Positions 1 through 13,235 of a stretch of DNA of 64,000 nt are shown here, one piece after another. The stretch lies in assembly GCA_964016885.1 (NCBI GenBank), contig OZ024756.1:34100001-34164000 (forward strand). The letters are read 5' to 3'. Made by a program: the position numbers and the translations under genes. Under the pieces are notes generated by a model that was not told the DNA's origin, made no database searches, and saw nothing but the letters and a program-made list of their open reading frames with translations. The DNA comes from Eledone cirrhosa. Lineage: Eukaryota. The stretch's first letter is position 1; each line of letters begins with the position of its first letter.

Positions 1-4
1 ATAC

Positions 5-57
<53 letters not shown>

Positions 58-79
58 ATATATATATATGTATATATAT

Positions 80-125
<46 letters not shown>

Positions 126-135
126 GTATATATAT

Positions 136-224
<89 letters not shown>

Positions 225-700
225 TTTTTTTTTTTTTACCTACCTCTTTTCTTTGTATTTTTCATTTTTATATTCGTTATTTTTTTTTTGTTGTTTATTT
301 ATTTATTTATTTATTTGTTTATAATTGTTGTTTATTGTTGTTATTTTTTCTTGTTATTTCTATTTTGGTTATACGGGAGTGGATTTTTTTTTTGTTATAT
401 CTTTGTTTTTGTTTTTGTTTGTTTTGTTTTGTTTGTTTTTGGTCTTCCATCGAAAATAATCGAGTGTAATAAATCTGTAACAAGAAATTGTTCGATTGAA
501 GTAAGTTGTCAGAGCCTACATGGCTGGTATTGATAAGTAGCAAACAAATTGAATTTTCTGGCGACGTTTATCTAGTCGCTTTGTATAAACACTAAATATA
601 TATATCTGTATATGTATATATATATCTGTGTGCGTGTGTGTATATTCATATATATATGTATATATATATATATATGTGTGTATGTGTGTGTGTGTATGTG

Positions 701-792
<92 letters not shown>

Positions 793-816
793 TGTATGTA
801 TATATATATGTATATA

Positions 817-877
<61 letters not shown>

Positions 878-1004
878 ATATATATATATATAATAAGATA
901 TATAATAAGATATATATATGTGTATATATATAGATATATATATACATATACATATACGTATATATATGTGTGTGTGTGTTTGTGTATATATATATATACG
1001 TGTG

Positions 1005-1049
<45 letters not shown>

Positions 1050-1096
1050 ATGTGTCTGTGTATGCTTGTATATATATATATATATATATATATATA
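1..1096. repeat. (TA)n/(TG)n microsatellite field
   Basis: Direct inspection. Confidence 0.95.
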
Positions 1097-1434
1097 CCAT
1101 TAATTTTTTGGCAGGCTGATTAGCTGGGAGAATGACTGGCTGGATGGATGGGTGGGTGTCTGGTTAGTTGGTTAGCTAAGAAGACAACCTCAAAACTTAA
1201 AGAATTTCTATAGTATAGTGGTGCAATATATAGTATAGTAATGAAAAGTATATAGTATAGTGGAGCCAAATATGTATATATATATTTATATATATATAAA
1301 CGTAATCTGAGTTTTTCGAATATTAATAATAATATTCGATTCGTTTGCAATTATGCAAACAATTCTCAATTTTATAGCCATGTCAGTAGAATGAACACTT
1401 CATTCTTGCTCTTGTGTTAGCATGCTAACAGAAC

Positions 1435-1476
1435 TGCAGACACTAATGTTTCTGGGCATCACCCTTCATCAGTACA
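1435..1476 (-). ncRNA. Minimal type-I hammerhead ribozyme motif (Penelope/retrozyme type)
   Basis: Minus strand TGTA-CTGATGA-A GGGT GAT GCCC A-GAAAC ATTAGT GTC-TGCA: complete core, stems I, II and III, GUC triplet. Confidence 0.75.
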
Positions 1477-1527
1477 CCTCAGATTACATTTATTGTATTC
1501 AGCCATGTAGAGCGAAATTTTCTTTTA

Positions 1528-1613
<86 letters not shown>

Positions 1614-1705
1614 GTGTGTATGTATGTATGTATGTATGTATGTATGTATGTATATAATATATATATAGACAGAGAGAGAGAGAGGAGAGAGGGAGAGAGA
1701 GCGAT

Positions 1706-1790
<85 letters not shown>

Positions 1791-2061
1791 GTGTGTACAC
1801 AATTTCTATGTAACAAATTTACAGGGCATTGTTCAATTTGACAATGGCGAGCGCCCCGAATCGCCTGTGGTTCAGGATTGGTGGGGTACCTGAGTCAACC
1901 CTGGGTGGTTATCCCCCCCCCCCCACACACCACTATGTATCATAGTTAGAAACTAACAAAACAAATGATATAGTGTATGTTTATATATAATATCTATATA
2001 TGTTCATTTACATATATTTATGTACATATGCGTGTATGTGTGTATATTTACAAATATACGC

Positions 2062-2122
<61 letters not shown>

Positions 2123-2156
2123 CACACATGTATACACCACACATGTATACATACAT

Positions 2157-2189
<33 letters not shown>

Positions 2190-2192
<3 letters not shown>

Positions 2193-2370
2193 CGAAGGAA
2201 ATGTGGTAAGGAACCAGGTGGACCATAACGCACCAAAGTACTCAATACTTAGGGTAGTAGAGTGGGTAATAGGAACAAGTAAGACCCCGACGGCTGAGCT
2301 CAAGCCGTTTCGACGGTACAGAATTAGCCGTCGAAACGGCTTGAGCTCAGCCGTCGGGGTGTTACTTGTT

Positions 2371-2375
<5 letters not shown>
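2190..2375. mobile_element. (TA)n-inserted hairpin element, Penelope pLTR-like (copy 1)
   Basis: 48-bp arms 2269-2316 / 2328-2375 with 1 mismatch; AAGTACTCAATAC motif; flanked by (TA)n. Confidence 0.7.
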
Positions 2376-2405
<30 letters not shown>

Positions 2406-2410
<5 letters not shown>

Positions 2411-2490
2411 GTCGTCAAGTATGAAATTTCTAGAAATTTCTAGAAAGAAAAAAAATTTCTACTAATTTCATACTTGGACGACCCAGAATA
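2406..2490. mobile_element. Short Tc1/mariner-type MITE
   Basis: TIR tattGGGTCGTC-AAGTATGAAATT / AATTTCATACTTGGACGACCCA; second copy at 10078-10146. Confidence 0.7.
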
Positions 2491-2526
2491 TATACGTATA
2501 GATATTTAATATAATATAAAATTATG

Positions 2527-2557
<31 letters not shown>

Positions 2558-2992
2558 TTATATATATGTGTGTGTGCGTGTGCGTCTGTGTGTGCGTTTA
2601 AACGTAAGAAACAACAGTTTCTGATATCGCTTCTGTTTATTATCGATCCTTACGTTACGTTCAAAGCCCATAAGTTAAACATCAGTTTTTCCATCTGAAA
2701 CTAAATGGTTACACATTTATTTTCGCTTTTTTATGACTCGTTTTCATCGCACTTTCTCATAAAACATTTGTTTTAATTGCTTGCTTCTAATAGTAAATAG
2801 CGTATGACCATATTTGGGGTGGTGACGAGAACCTAGTGATTAATGGCTCGAGAACTAAAAAACAACTAACTACCGTGTCTACTACTACTACTACTACTAC
2901 TACTACTATAACTACAAATAATATTAATACTAATATTAATACTAATATTAATAGTACTACAACCTATTGACACTTATTAATTATACTCGAAA

Positions 2993-3180
2993 GGCGGTAG
3001 ATTGGCAGTATCGGTAGAGGGTCGGACGCCATGCTTTGACGCATAGAGTTACGGCCCTTGCCATTCTGAGTTCAAATCCCGCCGAGGTTAGCTTTGCCTT
3101 TCATCTTTACGGGGTCGATAAAATAAAGTACCAGTAATGCACTGGTGTAATTGCTGGCCTTGTGCCAATTGTAGAAACAA
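2993..3180 (+). mobile_element. tRNA-derived SINE family A (Meta-domain-like)
   Basis: A box TGGCAGTATCGG, B box GAGTTCAAATCC, then GCCTTTCATC..GGGGTCGATAAAATAAAGTACC. Confidence 0.85.
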
Positions 3181-3245
3181 TTAATTATACTCGATTAGTC
3201 ACTTTCACTAGGAGTTAACTGATAGGTTAGAATTAATCGAATACT

Positions 3246-3286
<41 letters not shown>

Positions 3287-3425
3287 GATGATGCGTTATG
3301 TCCTTGAGCAAGACACTTTATTTCACGTTGCTCCATCTACCTGGAGTTGCGACCGATAGATAGAGTTAGCAAGACGAATGGAAGTATTGTTTCCTCGGTC
3401 AGATTTGACGAAAGTCGCTCGACTG

Positions 3426-3476
<51 letters not shown>

Positions 3477-3547
3477 TTATTTATTAAAATAACAGATTAA
3501 AGTTTAAGCAAAGAATCGGTGCTTTTAGTCTTCAAATTTATTATTAT

Positions 3548-3606
<59 letters not shown>

Positions 3607-3607
3607 T

Positions 3608-3804
3608 AACAAAGGAATTGTGGTAAGGAACCAGATGGACCATAACGCACAAAAGTACTCAATACTTAGGGTAGTAGAGAGTTGGGAATAGAAAAAGTAT
3701 GACCCCGACGGCAGAGCTCAAGCCGTTTCGACGGCTATTTCTGGACTCAGCCCAGAAATAGCCGTCGAAACGGCTTGAGCTCTGCCGCCTGGATCATACT
3801 TTTT

Positions 3805-3809
<5 letters not shown>
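3608..3809. mobile_element. (TA)n-inserted hairpin element (copy 2)
   Basis: Homologous to 2190-2375; arms ~3688-3744 / 3752-3809. Confidence 0.7.
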
Positions 3810-3844
<35 letters not shown>

Positions 3845-4567
3845 AACTGTTCTGTAAATCATCTGATGTTTTTACATTGAGCTACTTAACTTACTGGTAA
3901 TAAGGTAGTAATATATTACTGCCTACCACTATTTAGGGTTTGTATAAAAATATATATAACTGCAAAAGGTTTTTGTATTTACATAACCATAAATAGTATA
4001 ATTAATACTAATTAATACTATATATATATATATATATATATATATCTTAGTGATTTAATATACCTCTTAAATTAACTATAATTCGTACTGCCTTGGTTGT
4101 TTTGTGTCTATCAACTATATATCTGTGAAGATAAGTGTCTTGGTGGTTTGGATGTTCGGCTCACGATGCTTAGTACATCCCGCCCTTCTCCTGTTTAACG
4201 TTGTAAATGGCATTTCAACCTGGCAGAGACCATGCCTCTCCAAGTTTGAACAGCCGAATTCTTCCACAAATGTGTGTGTATGAGCGAGAGAGAGAGAGAG
4301 AGAGACAGGGGGGGATTGACTCGCAGCGTTGACTTTGAAAGGCAAAGTTGACCTCAGCGATATTTGAACTCTGGTCGAGGTGAATCGGAATGAATACAGC
4401 AGAACATTCTAGCCAACATTTAAACGACTCTGCCAATTCTCCGCCTTGAATGTCTTTTCTGACATAATTTCTAATGCAGTTTCCATGTATATCGTGAAAT
4501 ATCGTGAAATAGGCAATATCTGCTGTAGTAGCTGGGTGTTACATTGTTTAAATATCTTGCCGAGAGG

Positions 4568-4668
<101 letters not shown>

Positions 4669-5438
4669 GGAGTGGGGTTGGGGAGGGAGGGAGGGAGGGA
4701 GGGAGGGAGGGGGTGAGAGAGAGAGAGATGAGAGGAATAGAGAGAGATATAGAGATGGAAAAAGAGAGAAAGAGAGAGAGGAAAAGAAAAGAAAGAGAAG
4801 GAAAGGGAGAGAGAGAGGGGGGGGGAGAAAGCGAGAAAGAAAGAGAGAGAGTGATGAGAGGAATAGAAAGAGATATAGAGAGGGAAAAGAAAGATGGAAA
4901 GAGAGAGAGAGGGGAAAAGAAAGAGAGTGAAAGAGAGAGAGAGAGAGGGGGAGAAAGAGAGTGAAAGGGAGAGAGGGGGGAGACCATGTGGCTCTAGATA
5001 CTTGGCAACTGGTGTCGATTTCTATTAGATGCGAAATGAAAACTTTTTCCGTTTACTTTCCTTGAAAGTATAATATCAACATATTCACAAACATGCTGGA
5101 ATAGGAACTGAAAAATATCTTAATCATATTCACCCTCGAAATTGACGAAGGATCTCATCACAGCAGAACAAGGGATGGAATATATATATGGAGAAAATAT
5201 CTTTCTTCAAATACCATATTAGGAATATGTGAAGACAAATAGAACGGATATTTAAACGGAAAGGCTATTGTTCTCTGGCTATAGAACACTCCATTTGCAT
5301 TGCTTGTGAGCATTGTTTGTGAAGTAACACCATTATACCTCATCACTTTTCTGGTTGAATGTTGAGAGGGCGCGAGGGAAAATAATCCTTTATCTGGGAA
5401 GCCTTGTCCGTCCATTGTTACTTCACTGCTATCAATGA

Positions 5439-5496
<58 letters not shown>

Positions 5497-7434
5497 GAGA
5501 GAGAGAGTAAGTAATAGATAAATAGAGAGAGAAAGAGAGAGTAATAAATAGATAGAGAGAGGGGGAGAGAGGAATGGATAGATAGAGAGAGGAAGCGGGA
5601 GGTAGAGAGAGAATAATAAATACACGAATGAGATATTAATGAGATGAAACCATTAAGGATCCCTTAATTGAGGAAGTACGCTTGTGTTTGTCTATTCAAT
5701 GTTGCTAGCGGTAAAGATTACGATTTTCATTATGGACGTTTAGTAGTTAACTAGGAAATTGTACAATTTAATTAGAAACAACCGCCAGGTATTAAAGTTC
5801 AATATGACATTTTAAACGAATCGCCAATTGCAAGCTAAATCAGAGATGTTTATTTTTAAAAGAAAATTTAGTAAGAAAATTTTTTTTAAAGGGGAAAAAA
5901 GGAAAGAAAGAATAGGGAAATATAGAAGAAAGAAAAAGAGAGAAAGAAAGAAGAAAAAGAACGGGAAGGGAAGGAGGAGATGGAAAGAGTTCTGGTGTCG
6001 CAGAAAAGAGGGGAGAGGTGAAGAGGGAGGGTGATTGGGCTTTGGGCCTAGGGCAAAAGAGTAGGAGTGCTGCGCCCTGCTGACAAGACGGGAAAAGCAT
6101 TCATGCGGACGATGGCCAGTGACACCCACTGCACCAGCCACCCGACCGTGCAGGGCTTCGTCCTCAGTCGGGCCGCCGTCGTTCCGATCTTGCGGAGGAG
6201 CTCGGCAATACGGGGTCCATATTTCATGCGCCTTCATAAGACAATACTACTATTTACTAAGCTGTTCCCCGCCCCCTCCTTTTTTTTCTACTTAAAATTT
6301 ATTATAAATATTAACAGCTGCAAACAATAATATACACATAATAATAACAATAACCACAACAATAATAACAGCTATAATAAAAAGAAATGGAAACAAAAGA
6401 AAAACAAAATAACGTTAAAGACATGGAAGGTTAAACAATGTGACATGGACTGTAAGATGAGGTAACGATAAGTACGTTACCTGGTAATCTTTGTCTTCTT
6501 TTTTGTTGTTCTTCTTCTTTCTCTGTCCAATATTTCGGACCTAAAAGTCCCTTCTTCGGGGTTTAAGGAACTTTCCAATTAAAAAGAATAGGAAAATATA
6601 GAGAAAAAAAAGAGAAAAAGAATGGGGAAAAGAACGGGAAGGGACGAGATGGCAAGAACACTGGTGTCGCAGAAGAGAGGGGGGTTGGGCTTTGGGCCTA
6701 GGGCCTGGAGGCAGAAAGGCTGTGTCCCGCGGACAAGGCCGCAATAGCATTCCCACGGCCAGTGACACTCGCTGCAACAAGTAATTTTTTTTTTTTAAGT
6801 CTAATCAAAAATGCTTCATTAAACTTAATAAAATAAATCAACACAATTTTTTTTCTTTCTTTCCTAATCAATCTAGTTTGCTGTATCTTTTTTTTTTTTT
6901 TATTTTTTTTTTTTTTTTTAGAAAATTAATCTTGACTTTCGCCGTGTAGCTTAGTCTGTACTAATGAATTGAAAATTAAGAAATTGGATTTAATTCGATA
7001 ATAACATTATAGCAAACTATAATTTCGGAATAGACTAGCCGAATAATAGGGAAACAAAATATTCTAGTCAATAGTTACGTCTTAATTTAGTGTGCCTAAT
7101 AATCTAAATCAATTACGAATGTTCAATATTCCATTACACCCATATTCAATTTTTATTAAATGTTAATCAAATATAATTACAGAGTTATCTCCTCCTGTCG
7201 TTCTTGAATCATTAAGCTTTTTTTTTCTTTTTCTTTTTCTTTTTTCGTCTTCCCTACAAATATAGTTTTAATCAATTAAAATAAAAATTATAGATACTAT
7301 TTTAAGTAGATTTGCAACGTTTCTTGACTATGTATGTTCCATGCAGAAAGCGCCCCTAGTTACTCAATCACGTTCCCAGTCATTTTAACCAATATTACTA
7401 TTGAATTAATTGTCATATTTCACAGCGGACTGAA

Positions 7435-7620
7435 GGCACGTTGTGTAGTGGTTAAGTCGCTGGGCTCACAATCCTATGGTCGTGAGTTTGATTCGTAAAC
7501 CAGGCGGTGAGTTGTGTCCTTGGGCAAGACACTATATTTCGAGTTGCTCCAGCCCTTTCAGCTGGAAGAAAGGAGCTGCGACGACACTGGTGCTGGGGTG
7601 TGTCGCACTGTTCACTTACC
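7435..7620 (+). mobile_element. tRNA-derived SINE family B (CORE-like)
   Basis: A box GTAGTGGTTAA, B-box-like GAGTTTGATTC, then TGTGTCCTTGGGCAAGACACT. Confidence 0.75.
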
Positions 7621-8185
7621 TTGTGTGTATGTGTGTGTGTGTGTTTTTGTATGTACACACATACAAAAACACACACACACACATATGTGTGTCTGTCTGT
7701 GAATATGTGTGTGTGTGTATCTTTCTGTGTATGTGTGTGTGTATATGTGTCTCTCTGTATGTATGTGTGTGTGTCTATATGTGTGTGTATGTGTCTGTAT
7801 GTGTCTGTATGTATGTGTGCATGTGTGCGTCTGTCTGTGTGTGCCTGTATGTGCGCGTGTGTGTGTGTGTGTTTATGTGTAACCATATTTCTGCTTTTTA
7901 AGTGTTCCACCACGTTACAGGTCATTGCCTCATGGATATCTGATATCTTGAAAGGTGTTGGTATTTCTCATTCACTTTGTTGAGCAATTTTTACTGGTGG
8001 GGGGGGGTGTATGGGGGAGTGAATGTTGGAGGGGGGGGGGGGGGGGGTATTGTTTTTTGTTTTGTTTTTTCGTGGGGTTTTTACGTGTTTTTGTTTTGTT
8101 TTTTTGTAGGGTTTATTGTTTTATTGCTTTTGCCAGTGAAAAGTTCATTAAATCTTTCACTCTCTCTCTCTATCTATCTCTGTCC

Positions 8186-8223
<38 letters not shown>

Positions 8224-8240
8224 CACTCTCTCTCTATCTA

Positions 8241-8271
<31 letters not shown>

Positions 8272-8364
8272 TTGATAGCAATTGAATATAAAGCAGGTTT
8301 TTATTACTAGCATATAACTTTTATTTTATATTTTTATTAGTTTTTATTATATTGATCACTTCAG

Positions 8365-8720
8365 AGGTCAGTGGGTTGGCAGAATCGGTAGAGCGCCGGA
8401 CACCATGATTTGCAGCATAGAGTTATGGACCTTTTCGTTCTGAGTTCAAATCCTGCCAATGTTAACTTTATTTTATCAACTCCGTAAGGATAAATAAAAG
8501 GCAAAGTACCAGTAATGCACTGAGGTAATTGCTGGCCTTGTGTCAAAAGTAGAAACATCATTAGAGGTCAGTGGATTGGCAGAATCGGTAGAGCGTCAGA
8601 CACCATGTTTTGCAGCATGGAGTTATGGCCCTTTACGTCCTGAGTTCAAATCCCGCCAAGGTCAACTTTCATCCATTCAAGATCGATAAAACAAAAACTA
8701 CCACTCAAATACTGGGGACG
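8365..8720 (+). mobile_element. Two tandem SINE family A copies
   Basis: Heads at ~8372 and ~8572 with A and B boxes. Confidence 0.8.
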
Positions 8721-9671
8721 ATTCTACCTCTATACCTCTTTCTCATCAAGAAATGTATGTATGTATGTATGTATGTGCGCGCGCATATACATTATATATA
8801 TATATATATATGGTAACGAATATTTTTATTACCTTTTTTCTACTTTACATTTGCCTGGCTTAAGGAATAATGTCTGGCTTTTCTTTTATTTAAAGTTTCA
8901 TTATATTAATATTCATTGACCAACGATACATTTATTTCTAGCTTAGTGGAATTTTAAGGGTATATTTTGTACATTAAACTCAAAGAAGGCACTCCCCTTT
9001 AAACCCTGGGTCGAATAATATAGTCATATATTGGCTTTGAGCCGTCTTTTCTTTATTTTATATAATTTCCTTTCTCTTTCTTCGTTCATCTCGTCTGCTA
9101 TAGTTGAGCCTGGCGTATCAACCTCAGCCGTTAATAACAACATTGCCAGGACATAAAGGAGTGAAATAAAAAACATTTTCTTGAAATAAAATTTTCAATA
9201 AACACTTTCATACAATACTTAGAAAAAATATAAAACCCATCCTTCAATATATTTGTTCGTTAGTTAGTTTTATTCGTTCAATTATTATTACTAATGTTGT
9301 TGTTCGATCGATGTTAATGGATATTCTTCGATTCTAAGACTCTTCGATTAGTTATCCATTGGAGTTCTGAATCAAGAGACGCGATGTGTCGGTGGTTAAC
9401 CAACCAGCTCGGTGCGGAATTACTATTGCTACTACCACCACCACCACTACAACAATTACTACTACTACCACCACCACTACTATTACGACTACCACCACGA
9501 CTACTACTATTACAACTACTCTACACTTATTACTACTACTATTAATAGTAATAATACTGCTACTACTACCACCACCACCACCACTACCACCACTACTAGC
9601 CGAACTTAAACCTAAAAATGGTAATCAAATCACATTTAAACTATATTTAACCCATTAATGTGAAATAATTG

Positions 9672-9842
9672 TTTCTAATTTTGGCACAAGGCCAGTAATT
9701 ATCCAGTACATTACTGGTACTTTATTTTATCGACCGTCAGGATGAAAGGCAAAATTAACCTCGGCGGGATTTGAACTTAGAATGACAAGGGCCGTAACTA
9801 TGCTGCAAAGCATGGCGTCCGACCCTCTACCGATACTGCCAA
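9672..9842 (-). mobile_element. SINE family A
   Basis: Reverse complement of the 2993 element. Confidence 0.85.
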
Positions 9843-10077
9843 GGTGAGACACTGTAGCAGAACGCAGAACAAAAACCCTAAACAAAGATGCTTTGATCAC
9901 GGCTGGAAAGTCTTTTGTCCTAGGGCTAAACAACCACTCAGAAAGGCGATGATCCAACGACGAACAACCAACTAGAATTCATTCATAGTGTGTGTGGTAT
10001 GTGTGCATGTGTATATGTCTGCATGCATGTATGTATGTATGCATGTATGTGTGTATGTCTGCATGCATGCATAGATG

Positions 10078-10146
10078 TATTGAGTCAAGTATGAAATTTG
10101 TAGAAATTTGTTTTTTCTACAAATTTCATACGTGACGACCCAATAT
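10078..10146. mobile_element. Short Tc1/mariner-type MITE (copy 2)
   Basis: tattgagtcaagtatgaaatttgtag ... ctacaaatttcatacgtgacgacccaata. Confidence 0.65.
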
Positions 10147-10174
10147 ATGTATGTATTTATTATGTACGTACGTA

Positions 10175-10216
<42 letters not shown>

Positions 10217-10508
10217 CATACTTTTCCTCCTCCCTCACGATTCTTGGAGCCCCTGAAAAAAGTCATGGGTACCGATCTTTCTTTCTTGGCTAAAAGAAAA
10301 GGGTTATCATTTTTCGTTTAAAAACAAAAGAAAAGGCTTACCGTATTATGTAAGGTAAAAAAATAAAGAACATTTTCAGGGGAAATAACTCCCAATATGT
10401 TGTCAAGGGAAATAATCAAATAATATCTAATTAAAACAAGGGCGTTAATATTAGCATGTCTTGTTATTTCTGGTCGATTAATTTCCTTTGATGGACGAAA
10501 CATTTATA

Positions 10509-10807
10509 TAGAGTCGAACTTCGGTTCGACATTAATTCGGTCCTGAAGGCCGTTCGTCACCCGAAATGTTTGTAAACAGAAACTATTGTTTTTCATATGA
10601 AATGTTGAAAAAATACAGTGGAAAAGAGAAAGTGTGTGTGTGAAAGAGATAGATATCACCATAGTAACTAACTACGCAGCAAGTTATGCTTTCCTGCCTA
10701 TATTCCCAGCATGTTGCCAGCTGGCGTGTTCGTTACTCAAGACGCCATTCGGCACTCGAAAATAGATTTGTTCGGATGAGAGGCGTTCGTAAACCGAAGT
10801 TCCACTG
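10509..10807. mobile_element. pogo/Tigger-like MITE
   Basis: Ends GAACTTCGGTT.. / ..AACCGAAGTTCCACTG-TA; homologous copy at ~37729-38000. Confidence 0.6.
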
Positions 10808-11619
10808 TATTTTTAATTGTTATCAAACCGAAGTGATGTACGCAATAAGTAAATGGTTCTCCGTCAGTTTGAATGATGAATGTTCCGATTGCTCAATCAA
10901 CGTAAAATTAATGTTTTGCAGACAAACTGTTTTGTCACATACTTCTCCGAGAAGTGTGACAAAAGTTTGTTCAATTTCACTCAAGGGAGATCACTCTAGA
11001 TGAACTAACGATTTAATTGCCCGATTTACTTCCCTTGAAAATGTGTACAATGTTACATATTCCTAGTTAAGTAGTCCGAGAAGCAAAGTGATTCCTGACC
11101 ATCCCGTGCTATTTTCAGGAATACTGTACCAAGAACTACATTGTTGAATATCTCCCACGGGATTTCGTAGCTATATCTGGCAGGTGCAGTGACTACGTCG
11201 ATGCTTCTTTTGTAACTACGTAACGTATGTACATGTGAAGTGACAACCGTCCATAACGCAGAGGAGCAGATGATAACTAGATACCGGAACTGGACAAATC
11301 GCTTCCTTTTTTGTTCCGGTTGCCGCCGAGACGAGACTTCCAGTGTTCTCGGTACCGCGGACTCTCGCTGTCAACCACAAAATCGAGAGAAGTGCTTTCT
11401 GTCTGAGGATGAGGCAACAAATGTCGCTGGTTGTTTGCAAAAGCATTGCCGTGAAGAACAGTCTTGTTGAGATCTTTGGTCTACGGACTGCCTACCGTTT
11501 TTCCTCGCACAAAAAAAAAAAAAAAAAAAAAAATCAAAGGAAAGTGCATTCCCTTGAGAATTAGGGTGGTATGGTTGAAGTAGCTACTGTCGCTATATGT
11601 TCCTGACAATGCTTTCGTC

Positions 11620-12030
11620 ATGGCTTGGTGGTTAGAGCATTGGGCTTGCAATCAAAAGCTTGTGAGTTCAATTATCGGACAGGGTGATGCGTTGTGTCCT
11701 TGACCAAGACACTTTATTTCACGTTGCTCCAGTTTACTCAGCTCTAGAAAATATGAGTTGCGACGTCACTGATGCCAAGCTGTATCGGCCATCGCTTTTC
11801 CCTTGGACATGTAGTTTAGCGTATATATAGTAAGTCTATAATCTATCTATTTATCTATCGATATAGTCACGTCCCTGGTGCCAAGCTGTATCGGTCAGTC
11901 TTTCCCTTGAACAACATCGGTGGCGTGGAAAGGGGAGGCTGGTATGCATGGGCGACTGCTGGTCTTCCACAAATAACATTGCACAGACTTGTGCCTCAGA
12001 GGGAAACTTTCTAGGTGCAAATCCCATCCG
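11620..12030 (+). mobile_element. SINE family B with long 3' tail
   Basis: TGGCTTGGTGGTTAGAGC..GAGTTCAATT..TGTGTCCTTGACCAAGACACTTTATTTCACGTTGCTCC; internal duplication of gccaagctgtatcgg. Confidence 0.75.
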
Positions 12031-12987
12031 AAGTGGCGAAGGGAGGTCTTTACTCCATGCCGCAGCGCAGCTACAATTCACCGCCCAAGCCAAGAATGTA
12101 AAGCAGAGCGAACAAGGACAACATAGAAGTATAAGAGATCATATGTAAGGTGGTTGGCTAAAGCTGAAGAGAAGTTACCACTGGAAGTAGTATGTATACC
12201 ACTTGGGACACAAGACAGGTTTGATTAATTAAGCTCAGGTAGATCACATTGAATGAGTATGTTGGAAGACCCGAAACTCAGCAACTCAAGGGAACTATAC
12301 TGATTGTTTCCAGCACAGTGGACCTTTGCTCATGGTATCCAAGAGTTAAGTGGTGGCTTTAAAACAGGCACAGTATTAGACCTTTTAATACCAACCAGAC
12401 TAGTTCTATGAAACAAAACCTGCCATTTTAAAGGGCTCCTATTTAAATCTTCAACCATACATAACTTTATATAAGACCGTTTTGTTAAGTAGCGTTAAAA
12501 ACACTATCTTAATGAAAAAAAATAATTTTAGTAAATCCTTCCATTTATTCATTAATTCAAATAAATATGGTAACAATAGTGTTAAGTCTGCCATAGCATG
12601 ATTTGTATTAAGAACAGATAAAACAAACAAACCACAAGACATCTTTGTCCAACCAAACAGTAATATGATGACTTCAGGGCAAGTGCCCGCCACAGTCCGA
12701 CAAATCTAATGACCAACCGACCAAAACCAGTAAAAGAAAAATAGTAAAAGGAAAAAAAAAAAAAAAAAAAGACCAAATATCATTCATAGCTTTATTTCAA
12801 AAAATTTTGAAAATGGAATTGAAAGGTAAAAACAAATTAGCTTTTTAATTCTTAAATCATTTTTAATTTTCCTGATTATAGTTTCGTTTTATTTTCGTTT
12901 AAAATAAAAGAAAAACTGCAACAAAAGACAGAAGAAAGACTGAATTACCAGAAGAGGAATTTTGATTTAGAATTTTTTTTTTTTAAG

Positions 12988-13019
<32 letters not shown>

Positions 13020-13146
13020 CCAGATGGTTTGATGGCTGGGGGAGGGTTAGGTATCCTATTTAGGCACAAGGCCAGCAATTTAGGAGTTGTGGGGAGGAGG
13101 AAAGTCAATTATATCAACCCTAGTACAGGATCTGAACACTCATGTA

Positions 13147-13235
<89 letters not shown>

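Noticed and set aside
2993-3090. Functional tRNA genes at GAGTTCAAATCC / GGTTCGATTCC sites
   Set aside because: No full cloverleaf; each continues into a SINE body present in many copies.
5959-6780. GC-rich duplicated segment (5959-6140 and 6630-6780) with short ORFs
   Set aside because: Probably the 3' end of an unclassified retroelement; no protein motif I can support, and the hammerhead-like string near 6530-6565 (-) lacks a proper core.
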